From Octopus sinensis (Eukaryota): 64,000 bases of DNA. The stretch spans positions 53,816,001 to 53,880,000 of the forward strand of contig NC_042998.1 of the NCBI RefSeq assembly GCF_006345805.1. The letters are read 5' to 3'. The position numbers were made by a program, and so were the translations under genes. Position 1 is the stretch's first letter, and each line of letters begins with the position of its first letter. The notes beneath the pieces are model-generated. The model did no database searches. It was not told the origin of the DNA and worked only from the letters and a program-made list of their open reading frames with translations. Positions 24,321-37,374 of the stretch are shown piece by piece.

Positions 24321-25904
24321 TACTTGGAAATGGGTGAGTATTGGTGACAGTAAAAGCACATATCCATAGAAAACCTGCCTCTTACAAAGATTGTCATGGG
24401 ACCTGTGAAGTCAACCCCTGCTTTAACAGAGGAAGATGGCTTCAAAATGTTTTGTTGTTATAACTGTAACCCTTTGTCTTTAGAATCTATATCTCATCGA
24501 GATAGATTTTTACCTTTCATACCTTAGAGTGGCATGTCAGTTAAATTAGTACCGGGCATATACTGTGGGTGTTAATTCAGTCAAATAGACTCTGTCCTAC
24601 AATAACGTGATCATGTAGGAATTGTAGAAATCAATAAAATATATCTGTTTACAAACTGCATTCCAATAAACCCCACATTAATCAAGAACAAAATTAATTA
24701 GTTAGTTTAATGAAGTAGCAATATCTACAGTCAGCTAATCAATGATCTCTTGACCCACCACCCGTTCACATTTCCTTAAAGTCAGTTCAGTATTGATATC
24801 ATCACTATGACCTGATCAATAATTTAATTATAGCCACTACAATTGAATCCAGACGTGATTTAATCAATCCTGTCGTAATAAATAACAAGTCACTGCCAAA
24901 ACAGTGCTTCCTTTTTTTTTTCATCCTTGTTCTTGGTCGTCATCTTTTTCTTCTCATTCTACCTCTTTTTCTCTTTGCATCCCTTTCTCAGCAATATTCT
25001 CCGTCTTCTTCATCTTTTGTATTACTAAGCTCCCTTTTCAACTCATAAACCCCTTTCCACGACTCTGACTCTCATTTCCTTTGGGATAAGGAAAACCCAT
25101 TCCTTCTCCTTCCTCTCCTCCTCATGCAACTCCCTTACTCTCTTTTGAATTAAACTAAGTCTCCCTCCCTCTTTTACTTTGCCCACCTTCTTTCTTGCTT
25201 TCAAGATAAGTGAAAGTGAAGCTATTATTTACAGTGTTTTTGTTTTTAATTAACTGAGAAAGGACTTCGGTTTGAAAATAATACATTAAACTAATATTTA
25301 ATCAATGACTGATCCTGTTGGAGGCTTATTCATTTACAACCATTTCTCATAATCATTATTGCCACCATCAACAACAACAACAGCAATAATAGTGTTATCA
25401 CATTCCTCGTCAATCTAATTTAATCAATTGTTGGATAAATTTATATTATTTCCCTACCAATTAATCAATATTATTTCAGTATCATGCATTATTCAACAGA
25501 TTCAATTTATTAATAAACATTGCTTGTTAATTAAAAGTTAATTAATATAATTAATTTTTTTTCACTAGTGAAAAATAGCAGGTTTTATTTATTTGTTTTT
25601 TCTTTTGTATGCAAGAAACAAGATCAGTTGAATCAAACATTGTGTATTATCAGTTGTTTTCAGCAAGATTTGAACTCACCATGGTGAAATAACAAAGTAG
25701 TCAGCAGGCAATAAAAATCTGCCGGACTGATAACAGTTTATGAATTCAAACCTTGTAAAAAAAAGAAAAAATAAGTGATGATTTTTATTAAAGAAATAAT
25801 CAATTATTAGACTTTAGCATTTGCCAGCATCCTTTAAATTATTCAGCTAATACTTGAAACTAAAAATCAACGATGCTTTTATCCATCATTTATTCTTTTT
25901 TCCT

Positions 25905-26692
25905 TTTATCTTCTACTTGTTTCAGTCATTTGACCACGACCATGCTGGGGCACTGCCTTGAAGGGTTTAATCAAACAAATTGACTCCAAGGCTTCTTTTT
26001 GTTTTTAAGCCTTGTACTTATTTTATTGATCACTTTTGCCAAACCACTAAGTTATGGGGAACGTAAACACACCAACACCAGTTGTCAAGTAGTGGTGGGG
26101 GACAAACACAGACACACACACACACGTACATACATATATGCACACACATGATGGGCTTCTTTCAGTTTCTGGTCAGCTGAAGATTATAGCAGAAGACAAT
26201 TGCCCAAGGTGCCACATAGTGGGATTGAACCCAAAACTATGTGGTTAAGAAGCAAGCTTCTTATTTTTTATTGCCCACAAGGGGCTAAACATAGAGGGGA
26301 CAAACAAAAACAGACAAAGGGATTAAGTCAATTACATTGACCCCAGTGCATAACTGATACATAATTTATCGACCCCGAAAGGATGAAAGGCAAAGTCAAC
26401 CTTGGTGGAATTTGAACCCAGAACGTAATGGTAGACGAAATACCTATTTCTTTACTACCCACAAGAGGCTAAACACAAAGGGGACAAACAAGGACAGACA
26501 AACAGATTAAGTCGATTATATCGACCCCAGTGCGTAACTGGTACTTATTTGATTGACCCCGAAAGGGTGATAGGCAAAATCGACCTTGACGGAATTTGAA
26601 CTCAGAACGTAGCGGCAGACGAAATACCACTAAGCATTTTGCCCGGCAAGCTAACGTTTCTGCCAGCTCACCACCTTACCACACCCATGCCT
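25905..26692 (-). mobile_element. SINE-B interrupted in its head by a SINE-A dimer
   Basis: Head resumes CTTACCACACCCATGCC at 26675. Confidence 0.8.
26261..26678 (-). mobile_element. SINE-A dimer
   Basis: Two monomers joined at GAAATACC|TATTTCTTTAC (26444/26445). Confidence 0.85.
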
Positions 26693-27109
26693 TTATGGTT
26701 ATCATTTGATAAAAAACACACAACCAAAATATTTATTCACCAGAAGCAATAGCAAATTACAAATCATTAAATATACATATCTTATCTCCCTGCTAATTAC
26801 ATTGTGTAAGCTCCAGTAGTTAATCATGAACACTACTTTTTTTTTCCTTTTGTTCTGTCAGAATAAAAATAATAAAATCTCTTTGAATGTTAATGTCAAA
26901 CCCCATTTATTTTTCTCATGTCATAGAAAGTTACTTCTTTGCGATTCAAAATGTGAATAATCTGAATAATTTACCAGTTCCTCTTTAAGATACATTCTTT
27001 GAATATAGATAAATCTGAGGTTGTAGTGAAATATAGGTTAAAAAAAAAAGGAAGGAACAGAAAATGATATTTATAGTATTATGTAGGTTATGATATAGGT
27101 ATTATAGGA

Positions 27110-27485
27110 ACAGGCATGGCTAGGCTCAGTACCACTGTGTAGAATCCGAGGGAAGTGTTTTCCTCTGTAGTACCAGGCTTACCAAATATTGTGAGTGGAT
27201 TTGGTAGGCAGAAACTGGAAGAAACTTGTATTAATATATACAGGGTTTTCTTAAGACATGGGCCCAGTTCTGATCAATGTATGCTGTAGTTTGTTATCAG
27301 TAAATAAATACTGTACGGCCCAGGACATTGACTTGCCCAGGGGCCTAAAATGCTCTTAAGACAACCCTGTATGTGTGTGTGTGTGTGTATTTGTGCATGT
27401 GTGTGTGTGTGTGTGTGTATTTGTGCATTGTGGTTGGCTCCCACTACCACTTGACAACCAGTATTGGTTTGTTTATGTCCCCAGT
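27110..27485 (+). mobile_element. SINE-B, degraded, hosting a MITE
   Basis: Head before and tail after the MITE. Confidence 0.6.
27241..27369. mobile_element. 129-bp MITE with TA flanks (Tc1/mariner-type)
   Basis: TIRs CAGGGTTTTCTTAAGA / TCTTAAGACAACCCTG, TA on both sides. Confidence 0.7.
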
Positions 27486-27529
27486 GAAATTTGGACTCAG
27501 AATGTAAAAATCTGGAAGAAATTCCACAT

Positions 27530-28075
27530 TACAAGAGGGTTAATAATTCTTTCTACTATAGGCACAAAACCTGAAATTTTGTGAGAGAGGGTTACTCAAT
27601 TACATTGACCCCAATGCCGGACTGCTGCTCATTTTATCAACCCTAAAAGTGATGAAAGGTAAAGTCAACCCCAGCAGAATTTGAACTCAGAACATAAAGC
27701 TGGAAGAAATGCCACTAAGCATTTTCTTCTGCATGCTAACATACAAGAGGATTAATATTGGTTTCAAATTTTAGCACAGGGCCAGCAGATTTAAGGGGTG
27801 GGGAAGTCAATAACATCAATCCCAGTATTTGATTGATACTTATTTTATTCACTCTTGAAAGGATGAAAGGCAAAGTCAATCTCAACAGAATTTGAACTCC
27901 AAACATAAAGACAGACAAAATGCTAAGTATTTCATTTGGCATGCTAACGGTTCAGCCAGCTTGCTCACCTTATAAAGAGGGTTAATGTTTTGGATTTTAG
28001 CACAAGGTCAATAATTTCAGGAAGTGGATAAGTCGATCACATTGACTCTGGTTTTCAACTGGTAACATATTTTAT
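27530..28075 (-). mobile_element. Three adjacent degraded SINE-A copies
   Basis: Repeated GGATGAAAGGCAAAGTC...GAATTTGAACTC bodies. Confidence 0.65.
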
Positions 28076-28079
28076 CATA

Positions 28080-28261
28080 GGCGTAGGTGTGGTTATGTGG
28101 TAAGTAGCTTTCTTACCAACCACATGGTTCCGGGTTCAGTCCCACTGCATGGCACCTTGGGCAAGTGTCTTCCACTATAGCCTTGAGCCGGCCAAAGCCT
28201 TGTGAGTGGATTTGGTAGACAGAAACTGAAGGGAGCCCGTCGTATATATGTATATGTATAT

Positions 28262-28325
<64 letters not shown>

Positions 28326-28550
28326 GTGTGTGTGTATATGTTTGTGTGCCTGTGTTTGTCCCCCCAACATCACTTGACAACAGATGCTGGTGTGTTTACA
28401 TCCCCGTAACTTAGCAGTTCGGCAAAAGGGACCTATAGAATAAGTACTAGGCTTACAAAGAATAAGTCCTGGGGGCCGATTTGCTCAACTAAAGGAGGTG
28501 CTCCAGCATGGCCACAGTCAAATGACTGAAACAAGTAAAAGAGTAAAAGA
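28080..28550 (+). mobile_element. SINE-B, full length
   Basis: Head, (AT)n and tail. Confidence 0.9.
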
Positions 28551-28774
28551 GCATCCCTGGAAGGATGAAAGGAAAAGTCAACCTTAGTAGAATTTGAACT
28601 CAAAATGTAAAGATGGACAAAATGTCGTTAAGCATTTTACCTAGTATGCCAACAATTCTGCCAGCCTGTCACTTTAAAAAGGGTCAATAGTAAGAGAAAA
28701 TAATGTCTTGCAAAGAATATTCATGCTATTGCCAGCTACTTGAATTTATCAATCAAAGGTTATGTTGCTTAAGA

Positions 28775-28980
28775 CATTGAGCTGGTAGAATCATAGTATG
28801 CCAGGCAAAATGCTTTGTGACATTTTGTTTATCTTTACATTCTGAGTTCAAATTCTTCCATGGTCGACTTTACCATTCGGGGTCAGTAAAATAAGTACCA
28901 GTCAAGCACTGAGGTTGATGTAATCAGCTTACCCACTCCCCCACAATTGCTGTCCTTGTGCCAAAATTGGAAATCAAATG
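28775..28980 (+). mobile_element. SINE-A
   Basis: Family head and body. Confidence 0.7.
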
Positions 28981-30312
28981 TTATGTGACTTTACAATCAT
29001 ATTTGTAAGGCTTGAAACCCTAACTATGTTTTTAATGGTCTGATGCCTTAACCACACAACTGTTATACTCCATAATCCCGATCACTTTAATTTTGCCTTG
29101 ACTGCTGGAACTTGAAAATCAGACTAAAAATGAAAATTAAATTAAGATTATCATTTCACAAATGAAATAAATATCTGTTGACACTCTTATGAAAGCCAAG
29201 TAAAAACTTATTTAATTTCAACAATATTTAATTTTTCATAAAACTGAAAAAATTAATTATTATCCAAAGAAAAACCTGGTCAATTATATTACATGTTAAA
29301 ATTACCAAAATATGGTTTGTTTTGTCTTATTTGTACATGGATACATATAAACTTAGAACGATATTTCATTGTAATAATAATAATGAATTAAGTCGCTATA
29401 ACATGATTTCAGAGATAATTCAAGCATGGATTGTTATCTCATAACTAACTGATTTATATCTTAACATTCTTTAGATCTTTGCGAACAGTTAATGCAGTGT
29501 TATGAGAACACAAACTAGCTGCATCACTCCTCTTCTATGATTATTCATACAACACAGATTCAGTGTTTCTTGAATTGTCTGTTATTTCCTTTGCTCCATT
29601 ATTCTACCCATTCAGCTACCTCATCCATATAAATTTCAGTAAATCAAGCCAACGACAAAGCCTTTTACATGTATGCTTGACTTGCAAGAAATAACAGCCA
29701 AATATTCTTTAAGTCATATCTTAATGTCCTGAATATGCTACATTTGAAGTGAAGGCAAGATAGTCATAGCTTGAATGCCTTTAATCATAGATCAGCTCAA
29801 AAAAGCCTGAGCTGGGATTAAACAACATTTTGGATCCAATTGCTTTTAGAGAATGGTGCTTTGCACCACTGGTTAGCAGTAACAAAGTGGCAAAAACCGG
29901 GCATGTGTGTAGTTAAACATTTCATACAGCAACTTATTTTAGATTTTGAACACAACTTATGGACCCTCAATTCTGAATATTCTCATGGGAAGCTTGGTAA
30001 ATGTACATCAATGTAATCTTGAAGGTCCTTCTTTATCATCCATGTTTTGGTTTTAGAAGGAAGAATGGTCTTTGCATATATCCTGAAGGAAGGTAGCCTT
30101 TCTGACTTACTAAATGATTTAAAGCTTGTTACAGACACTCCAGGCTCATGAATGTCAAGTAGGCTTTTTCAATGTCATCAACCTAGGACCAACCTCAGAA
30201 TTTCCACTCAGAATTTATTTTAGAGTTTACTCCCTAGCCCTTGTATCATAAAACAGTGAGAATATTTCCCTAATACCTGGGATCTGTAACCTTGGTCAAT
30301 TCTCCATACAAG

Positions 30313-30455
30313 CAGTAGCATAGCTAGAGAGGGGGAAGGATAGGAGTGGTGTTTTTAAGGGGGCATCACTTTTAGGTCTGCTGTATAAGCCTGTATAGGA
30401 GGCAGTGGGAGACTCCAGGGCAGCTTGGGTAGCATACACTCTAACTACACTACAG
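30313..30455. mobile_element. hAT-type MITE, 143 bp
   Basis: TIR CAGTAGCATAGCTAGAG versus CTCTAACTACACTACAG; 8-bp TSD CATACAAG/CATATAAG (7 of 8 match). Confidence 0.75.
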
Positions 30456-31139
30456 CATATAAGGTACTGTCAAATGGAGCTCACAATCATCATAAAAAGA
30501 AATTTTTACTAAATCTTTCCCGTCAACATACAGACATACAAACAGCAATTGCATGATGACTTAGATCAGATGTAATAAGATAACTAGTTGCTCTTAACTA
30601 TAACACAACCAGTAAATAGTCATTTGATGTTTTGATAGACTTACAAATATCTGGTGTTGACGTTATAACACTCTTCACAAGTAAAACATTATTATTATTT
30701 CTGGATCTGCAGTCATTTTTCCATCAACATAGTTATTAATATACTTTCATATATTTAATTAAAATGATGTCTTACATAATATGGAATATTATTATATAAT
30801 ATGAGTGGCAGGTAAGAAAGCAAAAAGTAAACAACAGACAAAATGCTTTGTATTATTTAGATGTCTACTATATTTCTGACCAAAATACACCCCTCATGAG
30901 TTTCAATTAAATTCTAAAATAATCATGAATTTAGGCTTGTTTCATTAAATAACTGTAACTTTTTTACTTATCAACATTTTAATGTGATATTTGGAACATA
31001 ATTAAAGGAAGGGTTCTTAATCATTCTATTGCATAACTTTTGTTTCAAAGTGACTTTAATTACAGGTAAATGAGCAAAAGGTAAAAATATTAAATTTTAA
31101 ATTGAGCAAAAGGTAAAAAATTAAAATTTTGTTTAAACA

Positions 31140-32312
31140 TCACTATAGAAAATGAATCATCAGCTAATATTCAAATGGGTATGCAACAAAATTTTGATAA
31201 AGAAGAATTGTGCACATCACTAGATCATCAGTTGAATTTAATGCACAACAGGTGTACCATAAAGGTGAATAAACTGAAATATTGGAATCCACCACAAGTT
31301 TGACCGAACTAAAGAAATCGGTCAAAAAATAATATACGGCCCTGGTTATGGTATGGAAGTGATAAATTCCAGACCACATCGTTCCCTAGGCCATGCTGAC
31401 TAACATTATTTTCCCTGTATAAAAACTAAATCCACGCAGTACCCAGTATTTGCTTCACAAATTTCCCAAACTTTGAACCCTGCTTTTAGGTTTGTTTACA
31501 ATTTGCGTAAGTGTGTTTCCACATTGATCGCTTCAAACAATAACTTCCAGACCACATCGTTCCCTAGGCCATGCTGACTAACATTAGTTTCCCTGTATAA
31601 AAACTAAATCCACAACAGTACCCAGTATTTGCTTCACAAATTTCCCAAACTTTGAACCCCGATTTTGGGTTTGTTTACAATCTGCGTAAGTTTGTTTCCG
31701 AAGTGATCGCTTCAAACTAGCATACTGAAAAAAATAAAAGTCTAATGGTTTCACTTTCTAAGAAAGGCTATAGATAAACTTTATCTTCTCAAAAAAATTG
31801 CTAATAAAAACATTTTAAAAGTTTTTTTACTTCATTCCGATGTAAAATCGTCTTCGCTGTCGCCTTCGCCGCTTTGTTTCTTCGGAAGGCGCTGCTTTCA
31901 TTTTCGGATAAAAAAATATTCATTATATTGTACACCACGTGCTTTAGTACCTCATTCATTCTTTTTCTCGATATCTCCCTATTTTCCGTTGACAAAGCTT
32001 TAAATTCGGAATCAATGCTTGATAACATGAAACTCCTATCCATTTTCAAAGTTGAAGAAAAATCGATGCCGAAAAACATGTGGAAAAAAATCTCCCAAAA
32101 TTCACTGAGTTGAGATATCACTTCAAGCAATGTCGGATACTATAACTTAACTATTTACAATGTGAAATCACATGCTTTAACGAATGTACCAACGAGATTT
32201 GGGTTCAAATTTACATTTAGATAACAATGGGTTCTAACGGCCGGGTATGGCCGGGTTGGTACTTTGAACCAAAAAATTTTTCGGCCGGCTACGGCCGGGT
32301 TAGTAACGAAAG
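31140..32312 (-). mobile_element. piggyBac-like element end with a decayed acidic N-terminal frame
   Basis: Ends GTAACGAAAGGGTT, the same TIR as the MITE at 42412-42640. Minus frames give RKRMNEVL...ENES and SGEGDSEDDF. Confidence 0.45.
31367..31717. repeat. Tandem duplication, period 178 bp, 2 copies
   Basis: TTCCAGACCACATCG starts at 31367 and 31545; high identity. Confidence 0.95.
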
Positions 32313-32617
32313 GGTTGGCAGTGAGTTGGCAGAATAGTTAGCATGCCTTTATGTTTTGAGTTCGAATTCTGCCAAGGTCAATGTTGCATTTCATACCTTT
32401 GGGATCGATAAAATAAGTACCAGTTGAGCACTGGGGTCAATGTAGTTGATTTACTCCTTACCCTCAAATTACTGGTCTTGGACCAAAATCTGAATCTGAT
32501 ATTTAAGGCAGCAAACTAACAGAATTGTTATCACACTGGACAGAATGCTTAGCGGTATTTCTTCCAGTTTTACATTCCAAGTCAAATGTCACCAGGGCCA
32601 ACTTTACTTTTGTCCTT

Positions 32618-33153
32618 TGTTAGGAAATTATAAATTATAATGTTAAGTTAAACAGGTAAACAGTTTTTCATGATGCACTGTAAGGTCAGGATGAAGTCCA
32701 TTATCAAAATAGGGAAGGTAGGTGTTATTAGCCAAAACTGTGAAACTATAACAAATTGGCTAGAACAAATTGTACCCCACCAGTTTTTGTGACAGTTTTT
32801 TCTGTGAGACAAAGATGTTCAATTGGATTCTAGAAGCTATGATTGCCTGTTTAGTTTATGCATATTGTGCTTTGTGTTAGGCATTTAGGGATATATTTTA
32901 TGCCACAGGAATTTACCAGAACTTTTGTCAGATTTAAAATAATTTCTGTGTCACATCTGGATCCAAAGTTCGACATCCAAGGTTTGAAATCCAAGGTTCG
33001 AAAACCAAATTTGTACTAAAATGGAAATCCAGATTTTATGAAATCCCCATTTTTGGAATCCATATTTTTGGAAAACCAAACTTGTGAGGCCAGGCTTTGT
33101 GTGAGGCCAATTTTGGTGAAACCAAAAACCAGGAGTCTGAGTCCAAATTTCTG

Positions 33154-33193
<40 letters not shown>

Positions 33194-33820
33194 TATATGT
33201 TACCTTTGTAAATATTTTGACTGCACATCTGGTGTGGCATTGGTTTTTTTGTTCGTGTATATATTTGTTTTCGTATGTAGGCTGTTTTTTTTTATATGAT
33301 GACAATTGTTAATTATATTTTACAAAAAATTTCAAATTTCATAGACGCAGGAGTGGCTGTGTGGTAAGTAGCTTGCTAACCAACCACATGGTTCCGGGTT
33401 CAGTCCCACTGCGTGGCATCTTGGGCAAGTGTCTTCTGCTATAGCCCCGGGCCGACCAATGCCTTGTGAGTGGATTTGGTAGATGGAAACTGAAAGAAGC
33501 CTGTTGTATATATGTATATATATATATGTGTGTGTTTGTGTGTTTGTCCCCCTAGCATTGCTTGACAACCGATGCTGGTGTGTTTACGTCCCCGTCACTT
33601 AACGGTTCGGCAAAAAAGACTGATAGAATAAGTACTGGGCTTACAAAAAAGAATAAGTCCCGGGGTCGATTTGCTCGACTAAAGGCGGTGCTCCAGCATG
33701 GCCACAGTCAAATGACTGAAACAAGTAAAAGAGTAAAAAGAGTATAGTGTGTTGTTGTTTTGGGTTCACCCTATTCTCATTGATTCTGTAAATTTGGGTT
33801 ATGGCCACCAGGTCGTAACA
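32618..33820 (+). mobile_element. Solo LTR (~800 bp net) with a nested SINE-B
   Basis: TGTTAGGA...TCGTAACA termini, 4-bp TSD CCTT, internal ~14-bp repeats at 32960-33150. Confidence 0.75.
33345..33742 (+). mobile_element. SINE-B, full length and young
   Basis: CpGs retained; head and tail complete. Confidence 0.9.
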
Positions 33821-34164
33821 CCTTTCAGAGTTGATAAAATACCAGTTGAATACTGGGGTCAATGTAATCAACTTATCCCCTTCTCTGAAATTGGTGACCT
33901 TATGCCAAAATGTGAAACCATTATTTGGATGTTTTAAGGTAAGTGTTAGTCAAATACTGAGGTCTATGAAATTGACTAACCTGCTACCACAAAATTTTAG
34001 GCATTGTATCTATAATAGAAAAAAATATTTAGATGTCTTCCAACTTTTAATAATCCAGGTTCAAATTCTATGATTGTCAACTCAGCCTTTTATGATGGTA
34101 TCAACTAATCCTTTACCCTTCAAAATTGATGGCCTTATATATGATTTTATCAGTAACCATTCTT

Positions 34165-34312
34165 TTACTTGCTTAAGTCATTTGACTGTGGCCATGCTGG
34201 AGTACCGTCTTTAGTCGAGCAAATCAACCCCAGGACTTATTCTTTGTAAGCCTAGTACTTATTCTATCGGTCTCTTTTGCTGAAGTGCTAAGTTACAGGA
34301 ACATAAACACAC
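34165..34312 (-). mobile_element. SINE-B tail fragment
   Basis: Family tail. Confidence 0.8.
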
Positions 34313-36474
34313 TGTATTTAGCTGTGAATTTTGGTTTAAAAAAGTTGGCTTGTACACTGAAAATTTTGGCTTATATACTGGAAAAATACAGTAATTTTGT
34401 GATAATGAAGAATTCATTATTTTTTCTCCAATAGAAATGTTTGCTTAAAAAATTAATATTAATAGTATTTATAGAATTTTGATTTCATTTCCAAAGAATA
34501 AAACCCCATAAATATTTAAAATTATTTCCATTAAAAATGTATGCCCTCACCAATCAACTGTGAAATGAGAGAGGTAATCTATTTTCAACAAAGATTACTG
34601 AAGCGAAAGGAGGTAGAAGCCTTATTTATGAGCACATGACAACACTAAAACCAATTTTTAAAACTCATCATCAATGATCCATCATTTATTGCATGATTTG
34701 ATTATTTCTTGTTTTTCCCTCATTGAATTTAACAGTACCCATTACTTTTAATTATTCTTCAACCATATTATTTTACTACATCCAGCTCACTAGGGTGTCT
34801 TGATTTGCAAGAAAGGCCAATCAGATATCCCTTGTATCATATAGTGCCATCTTAACTATTTTGAAACCAATTCACTTGTAACTGCCCTTGATTCCAATAC
34901 AAACTTGCTTTTTTAAAGAGTTCTAAATTAAAACTTTCTATAAATATTTCAGGATAATTTATGCACCAAACACTAGCTTAATAATGTGAAAGGTTATTTT
35001 TAGTAAATTATTCCTTATTATCAAAATTTATTGAAACAAAAGCAGAGTATTTCAATAGAAATATGGTAACAAAAAGATTAAAAATGAAAAAGGAATTTCA
35101 AATTGAATTAGGATGTTATCATAAACATATTAACCTAGAAAAAAAGAGATGGTCATAGATGGAACACCTTTGAATATAGGTTGACTTGATCAAGGCTGAC
35201 AGGTGCTAAATGATACAACAACAACAACAGTCAGACAAACCTAATTCTCAGTATTAATGGTTTCTGTTTGATTTGATAAAAAGGCCATGTATTTTAATAG
35301 GGCAATGGAGAGGTGAAATAAGGTATTGTGTAGTCCATGCCATTCTCAAGGGTATTAGCAACATGGAATCCTGCTTAGCTAATGCAAATATCTTCCTACC
35401 TTTTGCCATCTCTAATGTGTATCAATTCCAGCTGCTCCCAGCCAACACAAATCCATCAGTCACAGGCAGCCTGAGGAACATTTTGCATGGCATGGCAAAC
35501 AAAATTTACCTTGAACTTTTTTAGTAATGCAGCCTGCATGATTATGAGACCTATCTCATGTAGCCCACTTTTTTTCAAAAATGGTTCACCATGTCCATCT
35601 TCTGAAGTTCCATCCTCGTCCACATCTTCCTTATTGGCATCAATATACAGAAGTTTAATTTAAGTGTGAACTACAACAATCCCTAACAGTTTTCTATGCC
35701 TATCTAATACTGTAGGCATCTCTTTTTCTCTAAGGGTTAACTAAGAAAAACACAAGAGAGAAATAGCATTGTTAGTTTTGTCTAAAATCACCAGAATATC
35801 ACCTCAACTCAACTATAATCAGATCAGAATCTTCCTATGTTCTCATTAAATAATATTGATTATTTTTCTGACTAATGTATAATATTTTTTTCAAAGATGA
35901 GGCACAGTTGATTGGAACATTGATTCCTTTTTTTTTCTAGTAAATTGATATTTATTTATTTATTTTTTTGGTTTTAGTTTAACCATTATTTGAAATGCTT
36001 GGATTCATTGTAATCTTAACCTCATCTATTGCATTTCATATCTTTTCTATACATCATTTACAGCTCTGCGATATCATCTAAATGCCTTTATTTCAATGCT
36101 TTTATCCAATTAGATTTATATTATCCAGTCAACTTTTCTATACCTTTAAAAAAAACAAAGACAACAAAACTGTTGTCACTTACTTGCAAATCTGACTTGG
36201 TTGTATAGTCCAAGCTTTTATCCATTTACTAATTGTTCTAGATGCTTATATAGTTGTGATCAGAAATGGACGCCCTCTTGAATTAAACTTGTGGCCTGGA
36301 ATATGAGTGTTGAGCTCAAAATCATGCGGTTGTAGGTTCAGTTCAGGTATTGATGCCATCTTAAGTCCTAAATCAATTATTTTATGTTGCTCTAAGCTCC
36401 TAACCTGAAATGAAATTCAAACTAAATACTGTTGAAGCCCTTTCTCCTCCTGCAGCTGTTCCATACTGAATGTT

Positions 36475-36510
36475 CGTCAGGATGAAGGCTTGAAAGCCTG
36501 AAAGAGTACC
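36475..36510 (+). ncRNA. Degenerate hammerhead-ribozyme-like motif
   Basis: (AG)GATGA-AGGCT-tgaa-AGCCT-GAAA: perfect stem II and GAAA, but the first core bases and stem III deviate. Confidence 0.3.
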
Positions 36511-37374
36511 TGCACTCATTGGGGGTTGCATGTATATATAAATTTAGAAACTTTACGCAACCAGTCACTTTAGCAGATTTAAGTGCAGGCATAGCTGTGT
36601 CATAAGAAGTTTGCTTTTCAGTTAAACTTCATGGTTTCAGATTCTGTCCCACTGTGTGGAAAATATCCTCTATTATTGTTCCAGACCACTAAAAGACTTG
36701 TGGATTTGGTAGACAGAAATTGAAAGAAGCCCATCATATATATATATATGTATTTCTCTGTGTTCCATCTCCACTACTTGGCAACTAGTGTTGGTTTGTT
36801 TATGTCCCTGTAAATTTGTTCGACTAAAACTCTTCAATTTGGGGCCCCAGTATGGCCACAGTCCATGCTGGGGCACCACAAGTAGAAGATAAAAGATCCT
36901 ATCACCTACCACCTAAAAAAATTTAATTTCTTTCTCAGTCACTCATTAAGAACTTATGAATTCATCATCATCATCATTTCACGTCCTCCTTCCATACTGG
37001 CATGGGCTGGACAGTTTGACTGGAAATGACGAAGCAGATAATCAAAATTATGTTATGCAAAATGAGTCTATTATCAAATCTGCCAGCCTACCTTACTTCA
37101 TAGCTGTGTTTCATTTACACATCTAATTCCCTTTGATAAACTACTAAATATATTAAATATTAGTTTCAAATTTTGGGCACAAGGCCAGCAGTTTTCGGGA
37201 GCAGGTATGTTGATTGCATCGACCCCAGTACTCTACAGCTACTTATTTTATTGATCCTGAAAGGATGAAAGGTAAAGTCGACCTTGGCAGAATTTGAACT
37301 CAGAAAATATATTAAATATTTAATTCAGATTAAACATTACTAATACTGTGTTTGTGTATCTCAGGCAATATAGT

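Larger units (their letters stand above)
32500..33925 (+). mobile_element. SINE-A split by an LTR insertion
   Basis: Body stops at ...TGTCCTT (32617) and resumes CCTTTCAGAGTTGATAAAAT (33821). Confidence 0.7.

Noticed and set aside
24388-24440. GVDFTGP (BEL integrase-like) on the minus strand
   Set aside because: Isolated 7-residue match with no supporting flanking motifs
28093-28380. ORFs such as MLGGQTQ...DTCPRCHAVGLNPEPCGW, recurring many times
   Set aside because: Antisense translations of SINE-B plus microsatellite, not a gene family
35460-35500. CLPCHAKCSSGC furin-like Cys motif on the minus strand
   Set aside because: Immediately followed by a stop and lacks a usable acceptor; likely chance
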